Source of the DNA: Candidatus Woesebacteria bacterium GW2011_GWB1_33_38
Lineage (GTDB): Bacteria > Patescibacteriota > Microgenomatia > UBA8517
NCBI GenBank assembly: GCA_000990005.1
Contig: LBPF01000006.1
Coordinates: forward strand, 33,615 to 97,614
Reading direction: 5' to 3'
Length of the DNA: 64,000 nucleotides
Below the pieces are notes generated by a model. The model was not told where the DNA came from, did no database searches, and saw only the letters and a program-made list of their open reading frames with translations. How positions within the stretch are numbered: position 1 is the stretch's first letter; every line of letters begins with the position of its first letter. Positions 46,999 through 56,693 of the stretch are shown here, one piece after another. The translations under genes and the position numbers were made by a program.

Positions 46999-47568
46999 AT
47001 GGCAAATGTTAATGCAACTGATTTAAGAGCTGGGATTGCCTTTTTGTATGAAGGTAAGCCTTTTAAAGTTACCAAATATAATCTAATTAAAATGGGTAGG
47101 GGAGGAGCAACCGTTAGAGTTAATTGTATTAATCTTGAAAATGGAGCCAATATTGAACATGCATTTTCAAGTAATTTAAGTTTTGAAAAGATAGAACTTC
47201 AAAAGAAAAGTTTGCAATTTTTATATAAAGATACTAAAGTCGCTACCTTCATGGATTCTAGATCATATGACCAAGTTGAAGTCCCACTAGCAATACTTGG
47301 ATCAGATATATTTTATGTCAAAGAGGGAGAAGAGGTTAATATTCTCTTTTGGTCTGACAGGGCCATGTCTGTTGACCTTCCCCCTAAGGTAACCTTAAAA
47401 GTTATTGATTGCGATCCTGGTGTAAAAGGAAACTCTGCCAGTAATTTTTTAAAATCAGCAAAATTGGAAAATGGACTTGATGTTAAGGTTCCGCTGTTTA
47501 TAGAAATAGGAGAGAAAATTAGAGTGGACACAAGAAGTGGAGAATATGTAGAGCGTGCAAAGGACTAG
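46999..47568 (+). CDS. efp: Elongation factor P
   Basis: KMGRGGA, PGVKGNSA, VPLFI, GEYVER. Confidence 0.96.
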   Translation: MANVNATDLRAGIAFLYEGKPFKVTKYNLIKMGRGGATVRVNCINLENGANIEHAFSSNLSFEKIELQKKSLQFLYKDTKVATFMDSRSYDQVEVPLAILGSDIFYVKEGEEVNILFWSDRAMSVDLPPKVTLKVIDCDPGVKGNSASNFLKSAKLENGLDVKVPLFIEIGEKIRVDTRSGEYVERAKD

Positions 47569-48026
47569 TTAAAAATCCAAAACAAAGAAGCAACAACAAC
47601 ACATATCTGAGTTACAATTCCCCAAAACGGTTTGATTTCAATTTGAATTTTTCTTTCAAAATCTACCCATTTTTTAATTAATCCAAATCTTATATTATAA
47701 AAAAAGTAGGGAATTTTAATTTGATCAGGAAGTACTGATAAAGTTGAACAAACAAGGATAAGAAATGACTTATTAACATCGGGCATAAATTTATATGCCA
47801 AAAACAAAGTAAGAGCGATTGCAATCACCTCATCCGCAATTGCAATATAAGTACTTATTTTTTTAGGTTGTCCAAATTTTTGAGTTTCTGAATAAAAATG
47901 AGGATTCCAGTGGGGGACCTTGTCAAGTAAAAAATGACTTGCAAGAGATAATGGTATTGCGACCCAAGGATTTCCTGATTTGACTGCAATTGCAATCCCT
48001 AGTGCCACGTGTGGTGTTTCTAACAT
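47565..48026 (-). CDS. Hypothetical membrane protein (possible metal-dependent hydrolase)
   Basis: H..SHFLLD.VPH..LPD. Confidence 0.7.
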   Translation of the reverse strand: MLETPHVALGIAIAVKSGNPWVAIPLSLASHFLLDKVPHWNPHFYSETQKFGQPKKISTYIAIADEVIAIALTLFLAYKFMPDVNKSFLILVCSTLSVLPDQIKIPYFFYNIRFGLIKKWVDFERKIQIEIKPFWGIVTQICVVVASLFWIFN

Positions 48027-48052
48027 GCAAGCTATATGATATTATCTTTACG

Positions 48053-48619
48053 ATGTTAATTGCAAATATTTTAGGAATTTTTGTCTTTTTCTATTTGTAC
48101 TGGAAGAGGTTGAAGGAAGATTATTCAAGTGAAAGAATTTTTAATGCAGGTTTTATTATAATTATTGGAGCTTGTCTTGGCTTAATTGTTGCTAAATATA
48201 ACTTTCCAAGTTTCTGGCTTTGGATAATTATTTTGTCGTTTTTAATCTCTGAAGGAATAATAGTTATCAAGCTCAAATTGAAATTCTTTGAAAGTCTTGA
48301 TGCTTTGGTTATTTCAATCTTACCTTGGTTATCCTTTTTTTATTTAACAGATTCAGTAGTTAACACAAGTCTTGCCTCATTTTTAATTTTTTGGGTTAGT
48401 TTAACTTGTATATTTATGTTTTTTCTGTTTGATCATTTCTATAGAACCTTTACTTGGTATAAATCTGGTAGGGTAGGTTTTTCTGGGCTTGCTACTTTGG
48501 GGATATTTTTTTTGATAAAGATATTGTTTCCCTCATTGTTCGTTGAAAAAATTATTTCTGGGACTATTGCTTTTATTAGTTTTTTGTTATTATTTAACCT
48601 GTCAAGACAAGATGGCTAA
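48053..48619 (+). CDS. Hypothetical membrane protein
   Basis: Multi-TM; YRTFTWYKSG..GF. Confidence 0.7.
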   Translation: MLIANILGIFVFFYLYWKRLKEDYSSERIFNAGFIIIIGACLGLIVAKYNFPSFWLWIIILSFLISEGIIVIKLKLKFFESLDALVISILPWLSFFYLTDSVVNTSLASFLIFWVSLTCIFMFFLFDHFYRTFTWYKSGRVGFSGLATLGIFFLIKILFPSLFVEKIISGTIAFISFLLLFNLSRQDG

Positions 48620-48983
48620 ACAACTTACATTTCCAACTAATTTATTAAAACCAGTGGGCGACTTTTTAAAGGCTAGACTTGCTTCTTTAAAAATAAACAA
48701 AAAGAAAATTTCATCCGAAGATCCATTCAATGATAAAACAAGAGATCTTGATAATGCTGCAACTGATACAGAAGCTGAAGAACAATTTGGCCATGCACGA
48801 GTGACGGCTATTAAAGAAGAACTTAATAGAAAGTCAGCTCAAATTAAAAAAGCTCTTGCAAGAGTTAAGATTGGTAAATATGGAATTTGTGAAGATTGTG
48901 GAAAAATGATTGATACAGACCGTTTAGCAGTTTTTCCTGAGGCTACAATGTGCATAAATTGTGAGAAGAAAAGAGAAAAGTAA
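48612..48983 (+). CDS. TraR/DksA C4 zinc-finger protein
   Basis: GKYGICEDCG..I...RL..PEATMCINC. Confidence 0.92.
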   Translation: MAKQLTFPTNLLKPVGDFLKARLASLKINKKKISSEDPFNDKTRDLDNAATDTEAEEQFGHARVTAIKEELNRKSAQIKKALARVKIGKYGICEDCGKMIDTDRLAVFPEATMCINCEKKREK

Positions 48984-49001
48984 ATATAGTATAATTTCTT
49001 C

Positions 49002-49973
49002 ATGGCTTTTTTTCAGGTTTTATCTTTGATATTTTTTTCATTAGTATTGATCAAGGCTGCTGAGTGGGTAATACTATCTTTAAGAAGAATTGCTAGAAAA
49101 AGTAAAATTGGAGTTTTTGCAATTTCAGCAGTTATCTTGGCTGTTGGAACATCACTCCCTGAACTATTTGTAAGTATTACCTCTGCAATTGAAGGTACAC
49201 CCAACATTGCTCTTGGTGTTGTTTTAGGTAGTAACATTGCAAATACGGCTCTAATAACTGGGATGGTAGCTTTGATCTTAGGCAAAATTAATGTTCACGG
49301 AGAATATCTTAAAAGGGACGTATTCATGGCTCTTGTTGCCGGATTATTACCCCTTGCTTTAATGGCTGATGGGATATTGGGTAGAGTTGATGGTCTGGTT
49401 TTACTTTTTGTATATGCTTCCTATACTGCTAGTTTTTTTAAAGATAAGATTAATGAAATAACCAATGAACATAGTAGTGAAAGTTTTTTTTATAAGTTCT
49501 TTAGAGAAATAAACCATATCGATTTTGATATAAGTAAAGAGTACGGAAAACTGTTTTTAAGCCTTGCTTTAATGCTTTTTTCTTCCCAGGTGATAATTTC
49601 TACTTCTGAAAAACTATCAATTTTAATGGGAATACCAGTTTTTGTGGTTAGTTTAACTATTTTAGCTATTGGCACATCACTACCTGAACTTGTTTTTTCT
49701 TTAAGAAGTATTAAGGGGGGAGAGCCAAAAATGTTTTTTGGAAATTTGTTGGGTTCAACAATTGCAAATTCAACTTTAATAGTAGGTTTGGCTGCAGTTA
49801 TCAGCCCAATTACTATAGTATCTTTTGGAGATTATAGAAATGCCATTATTGCATTTATAACCATTTTTATTACTTTTTGGTTCTTTATTCGTAGTAAGCA
49901 TAGGTTGGACAGATTTGAAGCTTTAATTTTAGTTTTGATGTATATTATTTTTATAATTTTAGAAATTACTTAA
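49002..49973 (+). CDS. Sodium:calcium antiporter family
   Basis: Two GTSLPEL alpha repeats, GSNIAN. Confidence 0.93.
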   Translation: MAFFQVLSLIFFSLVLIKAAEWVILSLRRIARKSKIGVFAISAVILAVGTSLPELFVSITSAIEGTPNIALGVVLGSNIANTALITGMVALILGKINVHGEYLKRDVFMALVAGLLPLALMADGILGRVDGLVLLFVYASYTASFFKDKINEITNEHSSESFFYKFFREINHIDFDISKEYGKLFLSLALMLFSSQVIISTSEKLSILMGIPVFVVSLTILAIGTSLPELVFSLRSIKGGEPKMFFGNLLGSTIANSTLIVGLAAVISPITIVSFGDYRNAIIAFITIFITFWFFIRSKHRLDRFEALILVLMYIIFIILEIT

Positions 49974-49975
49974 AT

Positions 49976-50689
49976 ATGCAAAATCCAAAAATAATTTTTG
50001 AGGACGATAGTCTTTTTGTCCTTGAAAAACCCGCCGGATGGATATCCAACGATGCTGATACAACAACAAATCAGCCAGTTATCCAGAAATGGGTTAGAGA
50101 TAATTTTGAATATCCTCTAAAGGAAAATCGTGAGTTAAGAGATGGAATAGTTCATAGGTTGGATAAAGAAACATCGGGAATACTGCTCGTTGCTAAGACC
50201 CAGTTAGCATTTGAGGACCTTCAGAGACAATTTAAAGAGAGACTTATTAGTAAAACATACATTGCCTTAGTTCATGGTCACGTTAAAGGAAGTGGAGAAA
50301 TAAACGCAGAAGTTGGTAGACTTCCTTGGAGACGTGATCGTTTTGGAGTACTTCCTGGTGGTAGGAAAGCAGTTACAAGATATAAAGTGATTGGATATAG
50401 AGTGAATAGTAATAACGAAAAATATACTCTTCTTGAAATTAAACCTGAAACAGGTAGAACTCATCAAATCAGAATCCACTTAAAACATATTGGTTTTCCA
50501 ATTGTAGCCGATGAATTTTATGCGGGCAGAAAAACAGCTAGAAATGATAGAAAATGGTGTAGCAGACTTTTTTTACATGCAGGTGGAATATCTTTTAATC
50601 ATCCAAAAACTCAAAAAAAAATAAATTTTGAAATAGACTTACCACAAGATCTTCGTGAAACCCTAGCAAAGTTATCTAAATTAACATAA
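49976..50689 (+). CDS. RluA/RluD family pseudouridine synthase
   Basis: HRLDKETSG, TGRTHQIR.H, LFLHA. Confidence 0.95.
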   Translation: MQNPKIIFEDDSLFVLEKPAGWISNDADTTTNQPVIQKWVRDNFEYPLKENRELRDGIVHRLDKETSGILLVAKTQLAFEDLQRQFKERLISKTYIALVHGHVKGSGEINAEVGRLPWRRDRFGVLPGGRKAVTRYKVIGYRVNSNNEKYTLLEIKPETGRTHQIRIHLKHIGFPIVADEFYAGRKTARNDRKWCSRLFLHAGGISFNHPKTQKKINFEIDLPQDLRETLAKLSKLT

Positions 50690-50703
50690 GATTAATATTA
50701 GAA

Positions 50704-52377
50704 ATGGAAAATTCTTTCACGCTAGGACTTTTTTTAGTTACTGTTTTTGCACTTTTAGGTGGTTATGTTGCAAAAAAACTTAAAGCTCCAGCAATTGTCG
50801 GATATATTTTAGCCGGAGTAGTTGCGGGTGCAATTTTTCCAATTGAGAACTATGGTTTAGAAAAATTGGCTGAACTAGGTTCTATACTACTTTTGTTCTC
50901 AATAGGATTAGAGTTTTCAATTAATAAATTTAAAGGTTTATTAAAGAGAATTTTCGCCGCATCTATCTTACAAATGGTAATTGTTACGATAGTTTTATAT
51001 TTTCTACTAAAACTTTTTGGAGTTGATAATATATCATCACTGGTTTTATCAATTGGCTTTTCAATGTCGTCTACAGCTGTAATTATTAAGATGCTCTTTG
51101 ACAGGGGTGAAAGTGATAGTGTTCATGGAAAACTAATGGTAGGCTGGCTTCTTATTCAAGACTTGTCCGTTATTCCGGTAATGATTTTATTACCCCTTTT
51201 AATTGGTGGCGAAGAAGCAATTCTTCTACCTGGAATTTTAGCCTTTGCAAAGTCAGTTCTTTTAATTTTTGTAGCCGTTATTTTGGGTAAGAATGTAGTC
51301 CCTTTTATTATTCATAAAATAGCAGTACTTAATTCAAGAGAACTTTTACTTTTAACCTCTGTTTCATTAGCAGTTGGAACTGCTATGTTAGCAACTTTTT
51401 TTGGAATTTCGCCAGCATTGGGCGCTTTTATAGCGGGCTTTGTAATCTCTGAATCACAAGAAAATCATGCTGTTTTTGCTGAAACAAGACCACTTAAAAA
51501 CTTATTTGTTGCCCTGTTTTTTGTGACATTGGGATTTTTTGTTACACCTCAAGTGGTTTTTGAGAATTTGGGGATGATCATTGCAATATCAATTCTTATT
51601 ATTTTAGTTAAGTTTGTTGTAATTCTATTTATTAATTATATTTTCAAATTTAATGGTAAAACTATGATACTAACTGCCTTGGGACTTTCTCAAGTAGGAG
51701 AGTTTGCATTTATAATTTTTGGATCCAGTGCATTACTAAATTTAATTTCAAAAGAAACTTCTTCAATGGGAGTAGCGGTTGGTTTAGTTACCCTTTTACT
51801 TTCTCCGCTCATCTATGCCAACGCATTTAAATTATGGCGATTTTTAAAGAACAGATTTAAAGTATTTTCGTCTCTTGAAAGAAATTCAAATACTGAAAAT
51901 GATCTTAAAGATCACATCATCATTTTAGGTTTTGGTAGAGTGGGGGGTTGGGTAGGTAAGGCATTAAGTGATAATGGGATTGGTTTTATAGTTGTTGATT
52001 ACGATCAAGAAACAGTTGCAAGCTGTTTACAAAAAGGAATTAAAGCAATTTATGGAGATCCTGTTGAAAAAGAAGTTCTAGAAATGGCTAATGTAGCATC
52101 TGCTAAAGCAGTTATTATTGCAATACCAGATAGAATCTCTCAGGAATCAATTATTACTCATGTTCAAAACTTAGCTCCAAATGCAAAGATTATTTCAAGA
52201 GTTCATTTAGATGAAGACTGGGAAAAATTAAAACTTCTAAGGGTAGATAAATTAGTCCAACCAGAATTTGAAGCGGCTACCTCAATAATTAAAAATATTT
52301 TGAGTAGTATGGGCAAGAGTAAAGAGGAAGTTAACAAAAATATTAAAAGTGTAAGGCTCTCTCATGCGAAGATCTAG
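50704..52377 (+). CDS. CPA2 cation:proton antiporter with TrkA-N domain
   Basis: LLFSIGLE, SSTAV, LSQVGEF, GFGRVG. Confidence 0.93.
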   Translation: MENSFTLGLFLVTVFALLGGYVAKKLKAPAIVGYILAGVVAGAIFPIENYGLEKLAELGSILLLFSIGLEFSINKFKGLLKRIFAASILQMVIVTIVLYFLLKLFGVDNISSLVLSIGFSMSSTAVIIKMLFDRGESDSVHGKLMVGWLLIQDLSVIPVMILLPLLIGGEEAILLPGILAFAKSVLLIFVAVILGKNVVPFIIHKIAVLNSRELLLLTSVSLAVGTAMLATFFGISPALGAFIAGFVISESQENHAVFAETRPLKNLFVALFFVTLGFFVTPQVVFENLGMIIAISILIILVKFVVILFINYIFKFNGKTMILTALGLSQVGEFAFIIFGSSALLNLISKETSSMGVAVGLVTLLLSPLIYANAFKLWRFLKNRFKVFSSLERNSNTENDLKDHIIILGFGRVGGWVGKALSDNGIGFIVVDYDQETVASCLQKGIKAIYGDPVEKEVLEMANVASAKAVIIAIPDRISQESIITHVQNLAPNAKIISRVHLDEDWEKLKLLRVDKLVQPEFEAATSIIKNILSSMGKSKEEVNKNIKSVRLSHAKI

Positions 52378-53146
52378 ATATTTAAAACATAAATCAAAAA
52401 ATACAAAATTTAAGCCATATAAATTGGTTGTAGTTTCTATATTTATTTTTTTAATAGTAATTTTTTGCTTCATAAGTTACAAAGTTTCTTCTCTTGAGAA
52501 ATTTAGTTATGTAAACAATAAAGATGGAAACGCCGAAATAATCGTTGTGGATCCTCAAAAAGACAAGATTGTAAAAATACTAATAGATAAGGATTTTCAA
52601 CTTGAGTCGTCTAGAAGTTTAGGTGAATATAGATTGTCAAGTCTTTGGGTGCTTGGTCAAAAAGAAAAGTATAAGGGGAAGCTTGTATCTGAATCAATTG
52701 TTAAAAACTTCGGTATCCCAATTTATCTTTGGAAAGACGGTGATTTAACAAACTTAAATTTATACCAGAGAGTAAAAGTTTTACTGTTAAATACAAGAAA
52801 TTATAACGATGATTATTTACTAAACTCGAAAACTCCTAAAGACTCAATTCTTATTAATTTTGTCCATCCTTACGTAGCTTTAAATTTACCAAAAATGAGA
52901 ATAGAGGATTTAACAGGCAAAAAAGGTGTTACAGAAACGGTTTCGAAAATTTTAGAGACTGTAGGTTTTAAGACTGTTGATTATTCAAGGGGGTACGACG
53001 ATAAACTGGACTGTGAAGTGGTTGGTAAAAATAAAAAATACAATGATATTGTATCTAAAATCTTTGATTGTACTAATATCTTAGACTTAAATTTGTATAT
53101 CGATTTAAAGATCCGAATCGGAAAAAGTTTCAGTGATAGATTCTAA
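52364..53146 (+). CDS. Membrane-anchored hypothetical protein (degenerate LCP/LytR_C-like)
   Basis: N-terminal TM; C-terminal DLKIRIG. Confidence 0.6.
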   Translation: MRRSRYLKHKSKNTKFKPYKLVVVSIFIFLIVIFCFISYKVSSLEKFSYVNNKDGNAEIIVVDPQKDKIVKILIDKDFQLESSRSLGEYRLSSLWVLGQKEKYKGKLVSESIVKNFGIPIYLWKDGDLTNLNLYQRVKVLLLNTRNYNDDYLLNSKTPKDSILINFVHPYVALNLPKMRIEDLTGKKGVTETVSKILETVGFKTVDYSRGYDDKLDCEVVGKNKKYNDIVSKIFDCTNILDLNLYIDLKIRIGKSFSDRF

Positions 53147-53755
53147 AGATTCTCGTGGAAAAGATTGAACATTTTTAAATTCCTCGCCTCGACGCGCTTC
53201 CTTGATTAAAACTTTAACGTCTTTACCTTCAACAGATTTTACATAAGCCTTGTATTCGTTCCCCCCCTTAATTAGATTTCTTAATTTTGCCGAAAGATCA
53301 TCTGGAAGTCTTCCTATATACCTTCCTTCGCAATCTATTAATGACACCTTGTGGGTATGGGTGGTTAGAATAACTTCATCACCTGAATTAAGACAGGCGC
53401 AGGTAGAACTTGAGCCAACATTAATTAGGTTGATTAGTTTTGTTTTACCTGGCTCTTCAATAAAAATTGATGTATCAATATTCTTCGTATGGTTAATCTT
53501 TTTAACTTTTGACTGTTTGTATTTTTTTACAGCTTTTAGAGCAATGTTATTAGTGGAATCTATTTTTAGTACATTGAGAGAAGTCTTTTTAGCTTTAGTC
53601 AAATCGCCGTTTTCATAATATGACCTTGATAATCTATTTAAAGTATCAATGTCACTTGGATTTATTTTTAGAATTTTTAAATTTGTTTTGATGGCTTCAG
53701 ACCAATCACATTTTAAGGCTAAGTTAATTGCTTTTTGGGTCAGTGTATCATCCAT
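53105..53755 (-). CDS. TPR domain protein
   Basis: N-terminal TPR; FIEEPGKT; YIGRLPDD. Confidence 0.8.
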   Translation of the reverse strand: MDDTLTQKAINLALKCDWSEAIKTNLKILKINPSDIDTLNRLSRSYYENGDLTKAKKTSLNVLKIDSTNNIALKAVKKYKQSKVKKINHTKNIDTSIFIEEPGKTKLINLINVGSSSTCACLNSGDEVILTTHTHKVSLIDCEGRYIGRLPDDLSAKLRNLIKGGNEYKAYVKSVEGKDVKVLIKEARRGEEFKNVQSFPRESLESITETFSDSDL

Positions 53756-53784
53756 AAATTTTTATAGTATAATTGACATATAGT

Positions 53785-54495
53785 ATGTCAGGACACTCAC
53801 ATTTTGCAACCATTAAAAGACAGAAAGGTTTAAAGGATGCAGCCAAAAGCAATATTTTTGGCAAACTTTCCAAAATGATTACTATTGCAGTTAAGTCTGG
53901 TGGAGGTCCAAATCCTGATATGAACTTCAAATTAAGAGTAGCTATTGATAAAGCCAGAGAAAGTAATATGCCTAAGGAGAATATTGATAGAATTCTAAAA
54001 AGTGCTTCAGAGAAAGCTAATAATTATGAAGAAATAAGATACGAAGGTTTTGGGCCTTTTGGCATTGCGGTAATTGTTGATTGTGCAACAGACAATAAAA
54101 ACAGAACTGCACAAGAATTAAAAAATTTGTTTGAAAAGGGTGGGGGATCATTAGGAGGGCCCAACTCGGTTGCTTACAATTTTACCGACAAGGGATTTTT
54201 GTTGGTTGAAAAAAATAACGACGTAGAAACACAGACATTATCCCTAATTGATTTAGGGGTCGAAGATATACAGGAAAGAGAAGATGGTCTAGAAGTCTTT
54301 GTAGCACCAGACCATTTGAAAGAAATAAGTGAAAAAGTTTCCAATATCGGTTTTAAGATTCTAAAAACTGAGCTAACTATGGTTCCAAAAACATACGCTG
54401 ATATTACTGATGACAACCAAATCGCTAAAATAACAAATTTTTTAGTAAGTTTCGATGATCATGAAGATGTCCAAAGAGTTTATTCCAACGTTTAG
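53785..54495 (+). CDS. YebC/PmpR family protein
   Basis: MSGHS..TIK..K, YEGFGP, TDNKNRT, DDHEDVQ.VYSN. Confidence 0.95.
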   Translation: MSGHSHFATIKRQKGLKDAAKSNIFGKLSKMITIAVKSGGGPNPDMNFKLRVAIDKARESNMPKENIDRILKSASEKANNYEEIRYEGFGPFGIAVIVDCATDNKNRTAQELKNLFEKGGGSLGGPNSVAYNFTDKGFLLVEKNNDVETQTLSLIDLGVEDIQEREDGLEVFVAPDHLKEISEKVSNIGFKILKTELTMVPKTYADITDDNQIAKITNFLVSFDDHEDVQRVYSNV

Positions 54496-54498
54496 AAT

Positions 54499-55272
54499 AT
54501 GTCTAAAAAACTTCGTTTCTTAATTAGTTCAATAATCTTATCAGCTGGTTTTGTATTGGTACAGTTTCTTGAAGGAAAATTTAAATTTCCTGCTGTCTCA
54601 CTTTTAGTTATTTTGACGGGTGCATTTTCTGCTTGGTCATTTCATGAAGGTTTAGGTAAAAATATGACTTGGGTTTCACTTATTTTGCCCATGCTATTTA
54701 CACTTAGCATTGGACTTTTTTGGTTTTTATTACCGACTAATATTTTTACGAGAATCCCCATTGTTATTTTTTTTGGCCTAGGTGTATATGTGCTTTTTTC
54801 GACGATGAATATATATACAGTGTCTTCATCTTTAAGAACAATTGGTCTTTTAAGAGCAGCAAGGGGTGTTGGATTTGTCCTGACGCTTATAATTAGTTTT
54901 TTAATTTTTGATGCTATTTTTTCAATTAAACAATCAGTTTTTATAAATGCTCCACTAAGTTTTGTCTTATCTTTTCTTCTCTTCATCCAAGGATTTTGGT
55001 CAATTAACTTAGAGAAAACGCTTGAAAAGAATATCTTAGTTTTGTCTTTGACCTCAGGTCTTATAATTTCAGAACTTGTAGTGTTAATTTTCTTCTGGCC
55101 AGTAACAGTTGTTGTAGGATCACTTTTTTTAACCAGTGGGGTATACCTCTTGCTTGGGTTAGGTCAAGCTAAACTTGAAGATAGATTATTTCCATCAATC
55201 ACTAGAGAGTACTTAACATTAGGATTGATTGTGCTTATTGGTATGTTTTTTGCCACTAGATGGGGCGGGTAG
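54499..55272 (+). CDS. Hypothetical polytopic membrane protein
   Basis: Multiple TM segments. Confidence 0.75.
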   Translation: MSKKLRFLISSIILSAGFVLVQFLEGKFKFPAVSLLVILTGAFSAWSFHEGLGKNMTWVSLILPMLFTLSIGLFWFLLPTNIFTRIPIVIFFGLGVYVLFSTMNIYTVSSSLRTIGLLRAARGVGFVLTLIISFLIFDAIFSIKQSVFINAPLSFVLSFLLFIQGFWSINLEKTLEKNILVLSLTSGLIISELVVLIFFWPVTVVVGSLFLTSGVYLLLGLGQAKLEDRLFPSITREYLTLGLIVLIGMFFATRWGG

Positions 55273-55506
55273 TGGGGAAGTGGGGTATTAAACCCCTATA
55301 ATATTATAGGGTGTTTTCACGGGAGTGATTGTAATTTTCACGGATGATATAGTTTGATACACAATGTGGATAAGTCAAATGGCTAGCTACAGGTGACTAG
55401 ATGTTAATAACAAGAATAATAACAACAAAATACTTCACCCAATATTCTTAAGTACGGCATGTGTAGTTCTCTTAACTATTAACTGTTAATTATTAACTTT
55501 AATATC

Positions 55507-55534
55507 ATGTCGTACAATAATACTTTTACGACGT
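55507..55534. other. Candidate dif site (11-6-11 imperfect palindrome)
   Basis: ATGTCGTACAA-TAATAC-TTTTACGACGT in a 770-bp intergenic gap about 1.1 kb from xer. Confidence 0.6.
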
Positions 55535-56040
55535 ATAGTAAATTGTTGAGTGTAGTGTAGTAAATTAATTAATAATTAAAAGTTAAGAATTAATAATTAT
55601 TTTTATGATACTGCAATAAGGTTTTTCTTGCTGTTTTACTGCTATATATGTCTTACTACTAGTGTCTAATTTCTAGCTTCTAGTTACTTATCCAACTCCC
55701 CTAAATTTTATAAAACAGAGAAGTGTCTAGTTAGCCCTAGGGTTTACGTCTTTTATCCCTGAGGCCTTTTAAAATCGATTTGGTGAGGTCATATTTGTGG
55801 CCAATTTCTAATTTCTAATTACTCTAATTATTCTAAATTTTTTCACTATAGAGCAAATATTTAAAGTAAAAATCAATAATTAATTTTTAAATGTAAATTA
55901 AGTCTATTTCTGTCAATACTATTTGTTAACTATTAATTCTTAATTTTTAATTCCCAGCGGGGGACTCTCCCCTATTTTCCCATCTCTCGTGAAAATCGTG
56001 AAAATTTTGACAATTTAATTATTTTCTGTATTATCCAAAC

Positions 56041-56613
56041 ATGACTGCAGAAAGACCTCACATTTTTATAGAAACCTTGTCAAATAAGCAGATAGTGTTA
56101 CTTCGTGATCTTTTCGAATTTAGAATTCGAAAAATAACATGGGACCTTGATGAAATACTAGCCGATACTCAAACTCCAGTTAAACAAGAATTTTATAATA
56201 AAACAGGTTTTGATTTTCAAGATAGACGAATCGATCAGTGGCTTGCACTGGCTCATTGGGCAAAAGCAAAAGGAGCAAATTTTGAAGAGGCTTCAAAAGA
56301 ACTTGCTGATGTTACTATACGCTGGCTAGATAATAATTATCCATGGATAGATGTAAAAAATATCTTTATTCGTTCCAATGTGCTTATGAATGGTGATGTT
56401 TTCAAGGGTCATGTAGCATGCCAGAATTGTTCAATGTTACATTTTGATGACTCCGTCTTATCCGCGACAGAAGTACTCAAACAGTCTGATGCTAATTTAA
56501 TGATTTTTCCTCGAGCTTTAGAAATGGGCAATTTTAAAAGTAACGGTAGAGTTATTGAATTTCCAGATATGAATTTGTGGTCTAGGTTATTTGGATTACA
56601 TCAAGATCATTAA
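56041..56613 (+). CDS. HAD/5'-nucleotidase-like protein, possibly internally deleted
   Basis: WDLDEILADT, T.RWL...YPW, HFDDS. Confidence 0.6.
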   Translation: MTAERPHIFIETLSNKQIVLLRDLFEFRIRKITWDLDEILADTQTPVKQEFYNKTGFDFQDRRIDQWLALAHWAKAKGANFEEASKELADVTIRWLDNNYPWIDVKNIFIRSNVLMNGDVFKGHVACQNCSMLHFDDSVLSATEVLKQSDANLMIFPRALEMGNFKSNGRVIEFPDMNLWSRLFGLHQDH

Positions 56614-56693
56614 AGCTTGCAGGGTTTCACCCTGCAATGTCGTACAATGTTATTGACATCTCGCCTCGATTACATGTAAACTGATTTTAGACA

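Noticed and set aside
55273-56040. oriC (AT-rich gap with TGTGGATAA)
   Set aside because: Only one perfect DnaA box, no dnaA/dnaN nearby, and gene orientation converges here
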